Shown piece after piece: positions 7,809 through 16,266 of a stretch of 30,898 nt of DNA (its first letter is position 1; every line of letters begins with the position of its first letter). The DNA is taken from the IMG/VR virus record IMGVR_UViG_3300038974_000510, positions 1 through 30,898 of that record; one strand, 5' to 3'. Both the position numbers and the translations under genes were made by a program. Source of the DNA: a virus. Its lineage: Duplodnaviria; Caudoviricetes. A model generated the notes under the pieces. The model had not been told where the DNA came from. It made no database searches and saw only the letters and a program-made list of their open reading frames with translations.

Positions 7809-8777
7809 ATGTTATCACAAATGATTTACCAATCTCCAGGGACCGGTTATTATGCTCAGGAGAACCATCGCAACCCGCGGAGATTGATGGAGCCCGCTTT
7901 TTTAAATTTTGTTGAAGATTACATTTTCCGCTGCCGGAAGTCAGACGCCGCCAAAGAGCTGTACAATCAGACCCTATTTCACCTGAAAAAATTCTGTTAC
8001 ACGAATGGCATCGAACCGCGCGCGTACGATTTTGGCCTGCGTCTGACTGATGAATTCGTGCTTTACCTGGAGCGATGCGGCCTGATGTCCTCCACGGTCG
8101 GAAGCCACCTTCAGCGCCTGAAGACCTTATTAAAGGTAGCCTCTTATCACAACATGCCAATAGACTACTCCCACACGGACGTGAAGATCAAAGAAGACCC
8201 CTTGGATGTTGTTTTCTTGGACTATTCGGAGATCGCTCTGGTGTATAGCTGCCAGGCGCTCACGAAGCGCGAAATCCCCATACGGGACCTATTCGTTATA
8301 GAGTGCATGACGGGCCTGAGGTATTCCGACGCCACGCGATTGAATGAAGATAACTTTGTCGACGGAAAGATTTGTATTAAGACGAAAAAAACCGGCGCCC
8401 CGGTTGTTATACCGCAGGCCAAGTTTGTTCGTGAAATATTAAAAAAATATCAGTACCATCTGCCTGATCCTGTCAGCTCGCAGCATTTTAATGCGGTAAT
8501 AAAAAAGATATGTTGCAAGGCAAAAATCGACAGTCCGATACTGTATTCGCGTGTCGTCGGGGGAAAGCGACAGGAGAAATATATGGAAAAGTGGGAACGG
8601 GTAAGCTCTCATACCGGCCGCCGATCAGCCGCAAACAATATGTTCCTGATGGGTATTCCTCCCCTTCGAATAATGCAGATAACCGGTCATAAGACGGAGG
8701 CGGCTTTTATGCGCTACATTGGGATGAGCCGTGATGAGAATGCGGCTGTTTTGGCTTCGAATCAGTTCTTTAGGTAA
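7809..8777 (+). CDS. Tyrosine recombinase (SAM-like core-binding plus catalytic domain, no arm-binding domain)
   Basis: Catalytic residues R (TGLRYSD), K (KTKKTG), HxxR (SSHTGRRS), H (TGHKT), Y (FMRYI); 322 aa. Confidence 0.92.
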   Translation: MLSQMIYQSPGTGYYAQENHRNPRRLMEPAFLNFVEDYIFRCRKSDAAKELYNQTLFHLKKFCYTNGIEPRAYDFGLRLTDEFVLYLERCGLMSSTVGSHLQRLKTLLKVASYHNMPIDYSHTDVKIKEDPLDVVFLDYSEIALVYSCQALTKREIPIRDLFVIECMTGLRYSDATRLNEDNFVDGKICIKTKKTGAPVVIPQAKFVREILKKYQYHLPDPVSSQHFNAVIKKICCKAKIDSPILYSRVVGGKRQEKYMEKWERVSSHTGRRSAANNMFLMGIPPLRIMQITGHKTEAAFMRYIGMSRDENAAVLASNQFFR

Positions 8778-8794
8778 TTATTCTGCTCTTTTAT

Positions 8795-8825
8795 TTTGCT
8801 GGTATTACAGAGGGCTTTATCTTTG
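8795..8825 (+). promoter_or_regulatory. Bacteroidota primary-sigma promoter
   Basis: TTTG (8795-8798), 19-nt spacer, TATCTTTG (8818-8825): matches the -33/-7 consensus TTTG-N19-21-TAnnTTTG. Confidence 0.7.
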
Positions 8826-8920
8826 TGATAATAAGAAAAAGCCCTCTAATGCCATGCACGACATCAGAAGGCTCTTGTTTGTAGAGGTTCAGGCTACAAA
8901 TATAAGAAAAAAACGTGTGT

Positions 8921-9157
8921 ATGGCATATAATAGTCGAAATAAACTACTTAAAATTATCTCTATACAGAATCTTGTATTGGAGCATCAAAAACACGGAGT
9001 TACTCAGAAGTGGGTGTATGATAACATTGTTTATCCAACACACCTTATCGCTTATGGGACATTTAACCGCTATCTGTCTTATCCGGCCAAACGTGAGCTG
9101 AAAAATCTGGATAGCGGGAATGGTAATAGGGCAAAGCGTTCTGCGGATGATTCCTGA
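8921..9157 (+). CDS. Small putative DNA-binding regulator (candidate middle/late activator)
   Basis: ATG at 8921; helical, HTH-like GVTQKWVYDNIVYPTHLIAYGTFNRYL; has its own promoter; sits at the early/late boundary where Mu has Mor/C; role is inferred. Confidence 0.6.
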   Translation: MAYNSRNKLLKIISIQNLVLEHQKHGVTQKWVYDNIVYPTHLIAYGTFNRYLSYPAKRELKNLDSGNGNRAKRSADDS

Positions 9158-9180
9158 CAGTTGAATTTGTTTCAATAGAA

Positions 9181-9594
9181 TCAGATTTTCACTCTGTAGT
9201 CAATTACCGTTACCAGCCAACCGTCGGAAACCGGCAAGGTCTGATAATAGGCTGGCGTTAGTTTACGACTTTTCTTCCCATTCATTTCATATACTTGTCC
9301 TTCGATAGCTTCACATACTCGCCCGGCCTCTTCCTCATGTTTTTCCAACATGCTATCTGTTATGGTTCCATTTTGCGACGACATCCCCTTGGTAACATAG
9401 CGTAGCCTTACCACCACATTAAAAGCCTGTCCTTCTTTTATCATCTGTGTAAAGTTTGCCTCCAGAATTTCAACAAGGACAATGCCGCCGGAGGTTATTA
9501 CCCCTGCAAATTGTGTATTGTGCCATTGCACATTGGACTCTCCCACAACCTCTTTGATGAGGTTTTTAAAGAACTGATAAATCGGGTAAATCAT
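9181..9594 (-). CDS. Putative tail terminator / head-tail completion protein (Mu gp37-like)
   Basis: 137 aa, last gene of the head/neck operon, beta-rich C-terminus; assignment mainly from synteny. Confidence 0.5.
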   Translation of the reverse strand: MIYPIYQFFKNLIKEVVGESNVQWHNTQFAGVITSGGIVLVEILEANFTQMIKEGQAFNVVVRLRYVTKGMSSQNGTITDSMLEKHEEEAGRVCEAIEGQVYEMNGKKSRKLTPAYYQTLPVSDGWLVTVIDYRVKI

Positions 9595-9598
9595 ATTT

Positions 9599-10159
9599 TT
9601 ATGTATTAAAAAGTTGATCTAATTTTCTGTCTGTTTCTTTCTCGATTTTTTCGTCCAGCTCTATGCTTTCGCCAACAAATTGTCGTGCCGGAAGCGTTGC
9701 GCTGCCACGGCCAAAAACACGAATTGTGCCTCCTTCGTTATGAATAGCCGCATAGGGCTTGTCGTTTAAAATTTCCACTCCGTTTTGTCGCGGAACGTAG
9801 CGAAGCGCCCGACGAAGCTCATGTGTTGAGCCGTTTAAAACCTTCCTCTGCGTGGCCGCTTGTGAGAAATTCGTCCTGTTCTTTCCGCCATTGGTGTATC
9901 CTTTTTGCCCTTTTCCCTTCTTTTTCAACTTATTCGTGGCTCGTTCGCCCCGGTATTCAAAACCATACCATGGGCTCGAGGGGTCGCGCCTTTTTACATC
10001 CGGCCATTTGTTTACACCGTTGTCCACAAATCCTTCCTTGTCGAAGTTTTCCTGATAATGGTCTACGGCCGTTTTCCCGACAATCCGTGGCATATCGGTT
10101 TGTAACCGCTGGAGGTTCTTCTGTATGTTGTCGCCAATATCTTTAAGTGGATTTGCCAT
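9599..10159 (-). CDS. Phage virion morphogenesis protein (Mu gpG / tail completion)
   Basis: KPYAAIHNEGG...LPARQFVGES signature. Confidence 0.85.
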   Translation of the reverse strand: MANPLKDIGDNIQKNLQRLQTDMPRIVGKTAVDHYQENFDKEGFVDNGVNKWPDVKRRDPSSPWYGFEYRGERATNKLKKKGKGQKGYTNGGKNRTNFSQAATQRKVLNGSTHELRRALRYVPRQNGVEILNDKPYAAIHNEGGTIRVFGRGSATLPARQFVGESIELDEKIEKETDRKLDQLFNT

Positions 10160-11036
10160 GTTTTTTTACTAATTGTTCAACCTTTGGGAGCAATATTTTA
10201 AGCAATTTACCAGCCGACATATATCCTTCTGTAACGTAGGGGTGGGATTTGCTGAATATGCTTTTTGTATAAGCCGGGTTTTTGTCCAGTCCTGCGTCAG
10301 CTTCTGACTGCCGATTAAGTATAAAATTGTTTACCGGGCTATCTCCCCGGTGTGTGATCGGGGCATCTGTGTTTTGCAGATCACATTGGCAGCCCCATTC
10401 ATTACCCGGATAGTGAGTAAGGAACCAGCGGTCGCCAATCCGCCGGACAGTATTGTAGTATAATCTGTGCGACTGGCGCGGTTCTACGGCCGATGACGGC
10501 ATCCATTTTAGGTTTGGGTATAAATCCTTGTCGCGTTCAAAATCGACGAATTTGGCCGCTGTACGGGCTGATTTAATAGCCGTGTCGTGTTCCGTTTTCA
10601 GCCAGTGATTGTTGTAGTCACCGATAACCGGTTGACAGTCCTTTTTAAACGTAACGAAGTTCTTTTGTTTTCCTTCGTTGTCCAATAATAAGGCATGTAA
10701 ATCGTTCTGCTCCCGGTGTGTTTTGAAAGCCGCAAAAACAGCGTTGTTGTATTTCAGTGCGTCAACAAAATCCCTGTTTTCACGTCCCCACTTCGCGGAC
10801 GGAATCCCTTCATCTACCGCTGCGTTCAATTCAGTCCATGTTTGGTTGAACAAATCCGGATCGATATCGTTAAGTGTATCAAACCCTTCATAGATGCGTT
10901 TTAATACTTTCTCGACAATGTCATCCGGGAGGTCTACCGTGTAATCGTTCGCTATGCCTGCACAGCTCTCGCACGCGCCCGAATAATAAAGCGTATCAAT
11001 AATACCTTTCAGCCCCTTTTCAGTGGGGCTTAGGCG
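10143..11036 (-). CDS. Minor head / head morphogenesis protein (Mu gpF, SPP1 gp7 family); probably translated as a -1 frameshift extension of the portal
   Basis: LYPNLKW...RQSH...YPGNEWGCQC MuF motif; the frame is open from about 11054 to 10143, 61 codons beyond the TTG called at 10853, with no ATG or GTG in that extension. Confidence 0.8.
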   Translation of the reverse strand, partial: RLSPTEKGLKGIIDTLYYSGACESCAGIANDYTVDLPDDIVEKVLKRIYEGFDTLNDIDPDLFNQTWTELNAAVDEGIPSAKWGRENRDFVDALKYNNAVFAAFKTHREQNDLHALLLDNEGKQKNFVTFKKDCQPVIGDYNNHWLKTEHDTAIKSARTAAKFVDFERDKDLYPNLKWMPSSAVEPRQSHRLYYNTVRRIGDRWFLTHYPGNEWGCQCDLQNTDAPITHRGDSPVNNFILNRQSEADAGLDKNPAYTKSIFSKSHPYVTEGYMSAGKLLKILLPKVEQLVKKHGKST

Positions 11037-11042
11037 AAAAAA
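11011..11042 (-). other. Putative -1 programmed ribosomal frameshift signal (portal to minor head protein)
   Basis: Minus strand T TTT TTC (11042-11036) in the portal frame, spacer GCCTA, hairpin AGCCCC-ACTGAAAA-GGGGCT (11030-11011); the -1 frame is the MuF ORF. Confidence 0.7.
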
Positions 11043-12163
11043 CCGGGCACGCGGTTATGTGGGTCGTTTGGATCATCCGGTTGCCGGGGTGTTGTTTCTT
11101 GTTTTTTCTTCCGGTTTTCCGGGTTTAATGTCGTAAACTGCACGGTGTCATCTTCTGCCAGATCGTACCCATGGGCGCGAAGGAAAGGGATTAATTTGTA
11201 GTTGATGATATTTTGAACATTCAACAGCCGCGCTTCGGTAAAAGTATTTAATATACGTTCGTGAACCTCGGCAGCCCCCACATAGGCCTGTTCGTCGGAG
11301 GTCCCTTTCTGCCCGTTAAAGAGCATCGCAATCTGATCGTCGCAAAACTGTGCAAGGTCGCGGAAGTTCTCGCATCCGGCCCGCGTAGTTGCTACCTTTA
11401 TCTCGACCTGATCGTCGATATCCCGCAGAAGCCAACCGTTTGTTCCGAAATTCTCTGCCATTTCAACCTTGGCTTTCATCTCGCTTTCGTCCGATGTGTC
11501 GACAGCAAAGTCAAGTAGTGGTTTTCCGAACCGCTCGTTATATTCTGACCAGTCAGCCCGGGCAAACGTCTTCCAGATAATCTCACGGGATACCGTCTCC
11601 AGCTTCCCAAGTTCTTCGGCCTCGCCAAGTTCTATCAGGAAAAATTCTGTTTCGTGCCCATCATAAGAGATTCCTTCCCGATATGAGGGGTCGGCGACGA
11701 TCATTTTTTCAAAGGGTCGAACATGTCGGCGAGGAAATACTTTAACATCTGAGAACTCCCCGTTTTCGTCCTGTTCCTGGAACTCAAGCAGCGTGTGTCC
11801 CCAAAATTCGACATGCATGGCTAATTTCAAGAAGTTAAAGAACCATGGGCGATCAAAGAGTTTCTTTTTTTCTTTATTAGGTGTGCCGCCACTAAGCACT
11901 TCGTAGGGCTCGGTGATCAGGTAACTGTCGGCTTTCTCTCGCTCGGAGATAACCCGGCTATCTTTCCAGCTGTTTTCGTATATATTGATGAGGTCTGTGC
12001 GGTCGGAGTTTACCGGGTCCAGTGCATTTTCAGCCGCGCTGACAAGATTTCTCATGTCCATTTTTATTCGATCGGGCGCTTTCTTTATTAGAATTTGTGA
12101 CTTTCTCTCTCCCTTTCTACTTATCGCGTTTGAAATGCGATTTATGTAAGTTTTAATTTTCAT
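11030..12163 (-). CDS. Portal protein (Mu gp29 / DUF935 family)
   Basis: DWSEYNERFGKP, FNGQKGTSDE...GAAEVHE and IINYKLIPFL motifs of Mu-like portals; downstream of the terminase. Confidence 0.85.
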   Translation of the reverse strand: MKIKTYINRISNAISRKGERKSQILIKKAPDRIKMDMRNLVSAAENALDPVNSDRTDLINIYENSWKDSRVISEREKADSYLITEPYEVLSGGTPNKEKKKLFDRPWFFNFLKLAMHVEFWGHTLLEFQEQDENGEFSDVKVFPRRHVRPFEKMIVADPSYREGISYDGHETEFFLIELGEAEELGKLETVSREIIWKTFARADWSEYNERFGKPLLDFAVDTSDESEMKAKVEMAENFGTNGWLLRDIDDQVEIKVATTRAGCENFRDLAQFCDDQIAMLFNGQKGTSDEQAYVGAAEVHERILNTFTEARLLNVQNIINYKLIPFLRAHGYDLAEDDTVQFTTLNPENRKKKQETTPRQPDDPNDPHNRVPGFFA

Positions 12164-12181
12164 TTAAACGATGTTTAATTG

Positions 12182-12613
12182 TTAATTATATCCGTATGGA
12201 TTGTGTGTCCGTTTTTGTGATGAACCCCAGTGAAATATCGTTTTTGGTTTCCCGTCTTCACCGGTTATTGGTGTTAGGTCGGTTGCCATTTTTCCGGCAA
12301 CAATTTTCTCTATCTCTTTGCGCACATCATCGTAGTTCTTTGTCACCCTTTCCGGGATGTCTAAGTCCTGAACAGTGTTGTAGAGATAATAAACAGTCAG
12401 ATAGATCATCCAGCGCACAAGCGTCGCATTTCGTGCGCCTCCGGATTTGGCAAACTCATTCTGTAGATTATACCGGCTTCCAAGATTTCCGGAGATATAA
12501 CCGCGTGCTGTCGCCTCACTATCTTCCAGCCGGGTTGGTACTTTTTCAATAAGCATGTTAAACACATCCTTGTCGATCGCTGTGTATAAATCCTCGTTTG
12601 TTAAAAATGTCAT
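12182..12613 (-). CDS. Head-tail adaptor (Mu gp36 / DUF1320 family)
   Basis: MTFLT..DL, ARGYISGNLGSRYNL, LTVYYLY, RVTKNYDDV pattern. Confidence 0.75.
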   Translation of the reverse strand: MTFLTNEDLYTAIDKDVFNMLIEKVPTRLEDSEATARGYISGNLGSRYNLQNEFAKSGGARNATLVRWMIYLTVYYLYNTVQDLDIPERVTKNYDDVRKEIEKIVAGKMATDLTPITGEDGKPKTIFHWGSSQKRTHNPYGYN

Positions 12614-12614
12614 G

Positions 12615-14177
12615 TTACCTCCGTGATGAATTGTGTTTGTACTTGCCGGATCGGGCCTGTTTGTTTTCCCCGCTTCCGGATTTATTTAATTTGTATATAG
12701 CGCCTTCGGCTGCGTCAGGCGCATCATCGTGCGTATCGGGAAACCCAAGGAATTGATTTCTTGCCTCTTGCATATCAGGGCTTTGCTTTTCCTCAATGTT
12801 CCAGCGGATCAGTCCTCTTTCGGCATAGGCGGAAAGGTCTTCTATTCGTTCGGCTTTCTCCGGTTTTTTTCGCTTGTCACCCCGGATAGCGATCGCATAG
12901 CCCCGCTTTTCGCTCTCTGCGTCATATTTTTGCAAGTGAATGTCTTGCATGAAGTTGGCCTCCATCCAATGCCGACAGACCTTGTTTTGAGGGATATCAG
13001 CGGCTAAATCATAATGTCCCCGGACCATTTCGGGCGTAGTGCATTGTCGGCAGAAGGCTCTATATACATCAAAATATTTGCCGTTTTTCCCGATTAGAAG
13101 GATGGCTTTAAAGTCATTCTTCTTTGTTTCCTTCCAGGACGGGTCACAGTATGTAATCAGCTTATCGCAGGCTGACAACGGTGGTAATTGAGCCCATGGA
13201 AGGTGTTCCTCCCGGAATACCCTGCCGACAACGATGTGTTCGTGGAACAGTTCACGCAGTCCGATGCGGTAGCCCATGCGGCTCATCTTGTTTATTATCT
13301 GCTCGCGCGTATAACGTCCCCATGCAGGGCGTCCGTTTTCGGATAAATCCTTCTCATGCGTGCGCGGGTTCTCCAGGGCATAGACCTTTATATGCACCAC
13401 TCCTTCACGTTTTGGGTCGCCTTTTTCTACGTCGCCCACGATCTTTGCTAAGATGGAGCGCTTGTGTACCCTGTTGCCGATAATGACAAAGCGGCTGCCC
13501 TTTGTCGGGAGCGCTCCGTACAGGTCGCCAAGCAGCCAGTCGACCGCTTCATCTACGCGCTTATCATTTTTCACTATCTCAGCGTCGTCCATATCATCAG
13601 CAAGACCGTAATTAGGTCGGAGGGCCGCCTCACGGATACCGCGCGGGCTCTGTCCGCGGCCAAAAGACCAAAAGCCAATGCCATCCGCCGTAACAAAGTG
13701 TCCTGACTCCCATTTCCCCGCTTGATATTGTGTGCCAAAATCGGCGGTATATCGGCGGTTAAACATTAGCTGTTCCTGAAGGTCGGCCAACAAGCCGTTA
13801 GCTTTATCCTGTGTGGACGAAGTAAGCACAACTCCCGTAAGTTCGCCTCTGGCTTTCAGGTACATGGGAACGAATATACCAAGCACGACAGATTTGGCAT
13901 GCTCGCGGGGCCACTCGCAGACCATCAACAGGTCAGGGTTGTCTTCTATATATTTAATCGCTTTCAGATGGAACCATCCGAATTCGGAGTCCATAAACTC
14001 TTGAAAATAGTACCCGCAGAAAAGGGAGAATTTCTTTAGTAATTTTTTTATCCGCCGCTCTTTTTGGGCTTCGGTCTCAAACGCCGCCGGCTCTAACCGC
14101 TGGATAGCCTCTTTTTCTGCCAGCCATTCGTCGTAGAGCTTTTGCTCCTTCCGGGTTAGTTCGCGCTTCACAGTCAT
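12615..14177 (-). CDS. terL: Terminase large subunit
   Basis: PREHAKS Walker A-like, GIR...RPNYGLADDMDD Walker B, IIGN coupling motif, nuclease YCDPS and FLGFPDTHDDAPDA. Confidence 0.92.
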   Translation of the reverse strand: MTVKRELTRKEQKLYDEWLAEKEAIQRLEPAAFETEAQKERRIKKLLKKFSLFCGYYFQEFMDSEFGWFHLKAIKYIEDNPDLLMVCEWPREHAKSVVLGIFVPMYLKARGELTGVVLTSSTQDKANGLLADLQEQLMFNRRYTADFGTQYQAGKWESGHFVTADGIGFWSFGRGQSPRGIREAALRPNYGLADDMDDAEIVKNDKRVDEAVDWLLGDLYGALPTKGSRFVIIGNRVHKRSILAKIVGDVEKGDPKREGVVHIKVYALENPRTHEKDLSENGRPAWGRYTREQIINKMSRMGYRIGLRELFHEHIVVGRVFREEHLPWAQLPPLSACDKLITYCDPSWKETKKNDFKAILLIGKNGKYFDVYRAFCRQCTTPEMVRGHYDLAADIPQNKVCRHWMEANFMQDIHLQKYDAESEKRGYAIAIRGDKRKKPEKAERIEDLSAYAERGLIRWNIEEKQSPDMQEARNQFLGFPDTHDDAPDAAEGAIYKLNKSGSGENKQARSGKYKHNSSRR

Positions 14178-14629
14178 TTTGCTTCCCTTTTATTGTTAAT
14201 AAAAGCATCCAACAGCGGTGTTATTTGCTGTGCCAACGTAATATCTTCATCTTTAAGGAATCGCGCGAGCTCACGTATGATGCGCACATAAATAGACCAT
14301 TCCACCTCTTTAGGCTTTGTCATATTGTATAAGTCACGAATGCCGTCAATGTAGCCCTTTCCGATCATGCGCGGTTTGTTATCCGCTTTTTCCTCCTCGA
14401 TCAAGCCTTCCATTATTCGCTTGAGGGCTCCAAGCTGGTAACGTAGCAACACACCGGCATCCTCCTGCACGGTCCTGGTGTGGATCTCTTCCTCCATGGC
14501 GTTATCCTCCCACCTGTCCTTTTTCTTCCAGTCACAAACCGTCTGTTCGGTTTTGCTGAAATATTTGGCGATGTCTTTTTGCGAGACACCATCTTTATAT
14601 AGTAAGTAGGCTACCTTCCGATCGTTCAT
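14174..14629 (-). CDS. Terminase small subunit-like HTH protein
   Basis: True start is likely the ATG at 14629 (MNDRKVAYLLYKDGVSQKDIAKYFSKTEQTVCDWKKKDRWE, HTH); ATGA overlap with terL. Confidence 0.75.
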   Translation of the reverse strand: MNDRKVAYLLYKDGVSQKDIAKYFSKTEQTVCDWKKKDRWEDNAMEEEIHTRTVQEDAGVLLRYQLGALKRIMEGLIEEEKADNKPRMIGKGYIDGIRDLYNMTKPKEVEWSIYVRIIRELARFLKDEDITLAQQITPLLDAFINNKREAK

Positions 14630-14795
14630 ACCACGTTTTTTACGGTAAAAGAATATAGATTTCTCGCGTCTATCAAAAAAAAATAATAGGGTATGAACAA
14701 AAGTTAATACCCTGTAAACTTTGCTTGTAGCGTTTTCTTTTACGCTATTATTTTGTGGATGCAACGGCGCAAAAAACAGTAAAAGAAAACAGCCT
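14630..14795. promoter_or_regulatory. Divergent late promoter region with palindromic operator-like sites
   Basis: 166-bp AT-rich gap between divergent operons; inverted repeats AGGGTATgAAC-N4-GTTaATACCCT (14688-14713), TAGCGT-N8-ACGCTA (14728-14747), ATAGA-N9-TCTAT (14655-14673). Confidence 0.6.
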
Positions 14796-15902
14796 ATGAG
14801 CATCTATATTTTAAATGTAAATCCACAGAAGAGGGAATCGAAAATACAACTCTATGGACAGATCGGTGGAAAGCTGGACGGCGACGCTTTCGCCCGCGAG
14901 CTTCTATCACTTGACAGCCGCGTAGATGTGGTACACCTGCACATCAACAGCCCCGGCGGTGATGTGATACAAGGTCTTTCCATTATCTCTGCCATGCGGC
15001 AGATGAAGGCGGCGATACATGTGCATGTAGACGGAATTGCTTCCTCGATGGCGGCTGTTATTGCTGTGTGTGGAGATAAAGTATCGATGATGGACTATTC
15101 CAAGCTGATGGTACACGATCCGTTTTTTTCCGGTACAGACTCCTCAAAACTTTCTCCTAAACAAAAAAAGAGCCTTGACAGCATCACGGATACGCTGCGG
15201 ACGATTCTTTCCCGTCGCGGAAAAAGTAAAGAAGAAATAGCCCGCCTTATGGGCGAAGAAACATGGTTTACCGCTGATGAGGCTAAATCGGCAGGACTTA
15301 TCGATGAGGTTGTATCATCTAAGCATAAGGATGAACTAATCAAGCTATCCACAGACGAATTATTAAACCGCATAGCGGCGAATTATTCACCAAATCATAA
15401 TAACAACATGGATTTATCAAAAATTGCAAAGGAACTCGGTTTGCCGGAAAACGCAACCGAAGCGGAAATCCTTGCCGCTATAAAGAAGGATAAGGACGAG
15501 AAAGCACAACGCAAACGTGATGCCTTAGAGGCTTTGCTGGTGCGTGGTGTGAAAGTCGGTTTGGTTAAAGATACCAACCGTGAGAAAATGGAGAAGTTTG
15601 CGGAAACAGAACCGGAACTTTTCGAAGACCTTGTAAAAGATGCAGAAAGCAAAAGCGAGGGAGATAAAGAAACCCCAGCGGCGACGACAGAAACTCCGGC
15701 AGCTTCCGGGGGTCAAACTTATTCCCGCCTTTCTCAGGCGCTCGCTGACTTGAAAGCACAAGGTGGCCAGGCAAAAAACACTGACCCGCAAAAAACGTGG
15801 GACTGGTATCAGAAGAACGATCCTCAGGCACTCCTGAAAATGGAGAATGACAATCCCGATTTATTCAACAAACTGCGTATAGACTACGAAAATTCATTGT
15901 AA
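14796..15902 (+). CDS. ClpP-like prohead maturation protease fused to a scaffold domain
   Basis: ATG at 14796; HINSPGGDV, GIASSMAAVI (Ser), MVHDP (His), ETWFTADEA...GLIDEV; charged helical C-terminal scaffold. Confidence 0.9.
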   Translation: MSIYILNVNPQKRESKIQLYGQIGGKLDGDAFARELLSLDSRVDVVHLHINSPGGDVIQGLSIISAMRQMKAAIHVHVDGIASSMAAVIAVCGDKVSMMDYSKLMVHDPFFSGTDSSKLSPKQKKSLDSITDTLRTILSRRGKSKEEIARLMGEETWFTADEAKSAGLIDEVVSSKHKDELIKLSTDELLNRIAANYSPNHNNNMDLSKIAKELGLPENATEAEILAAIKKDKDEKAQRKRDALEALLVRGVKVGLVKDTNREKMEKFAETEPELFEDLVKDAESKSEGDKETPAATTETPAASGGQTYSRLSQALADLKAQGGQAKNTDPQKTWDWYQKNDPQALLKMENDNPDLFNKLRIDYENSL

Positions 15903-15905
15903 AAC

Positions 15906-16265
15906 ATGGACGAACAACAAAACCCAATCGTAAGGTGGCCATTCGGTGCCGCCACTATTATTGCACTGGCAGCTACCATTGCGGCCGGAAGCACTACTGA
16001 GATAGTCAACAGCCTTACGGTTATTGACGGAGCTACAACGCCAGCGACGGCCGACCGTACTCTCAATCTGGCGATTGACAAAGAACTGACAGCAGGCGCC
16101 CGCTTGATTCTGAAAACAAAATCTGCCGCAACTCAAACGCTGATTCCCGGTACCGGGATGACAGGCGAGACAATAACCGGTGTGGCCGGGAAAACTCAGG
16201 TTGCGGAGTATGTGTATGACGGTACCGCTTTTATCCAAACTGGCAAATTTATTCAAATCGACTAA
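15906..16265 (+). CDS. Putative head decoration/cement protein
   Basis: 119 aa, Ala/Thr/Gly-rich, between the protease and major capsid genes. Confidence 0.55.
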   Translation: MDEQQNPIVRWPFGAATIIALAATIAAGSTTEIVNSLTVIDGATTPATADRTLNLAIDKELTAGARLILKTKSAATQTLIPGTGMTGETITGVAGKTQVAEYVYDGTAFIQTGKFIQID

Positions 16266-16266
16266 T

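Noticed and set aside
9158-14795. Idea that the minus-strand head block is an invertible segment flipped by the tyrosine recombinase
   Set aside because: I could not find matching inverted repeats at the two boundaries; the AGGG...CCCT palindromes at 8809-8847 and 14688-14713 differ in sequence and spacing.
14630-14803. Long N-terminal extensions of the ORFs called at 14803 (-) and 14721 (+)
   Set aside because: They overlap each other across the divergent promoter; the ATGs at 14629 and 14796 give proteins starting at the recognisable domains.
16180-16266. GTG start of the capsid ORF at 16180
   Set aside because: It overlaps the upstream gene by 86 nt; the ATG at 16267 directly follows that gene's stop codon.
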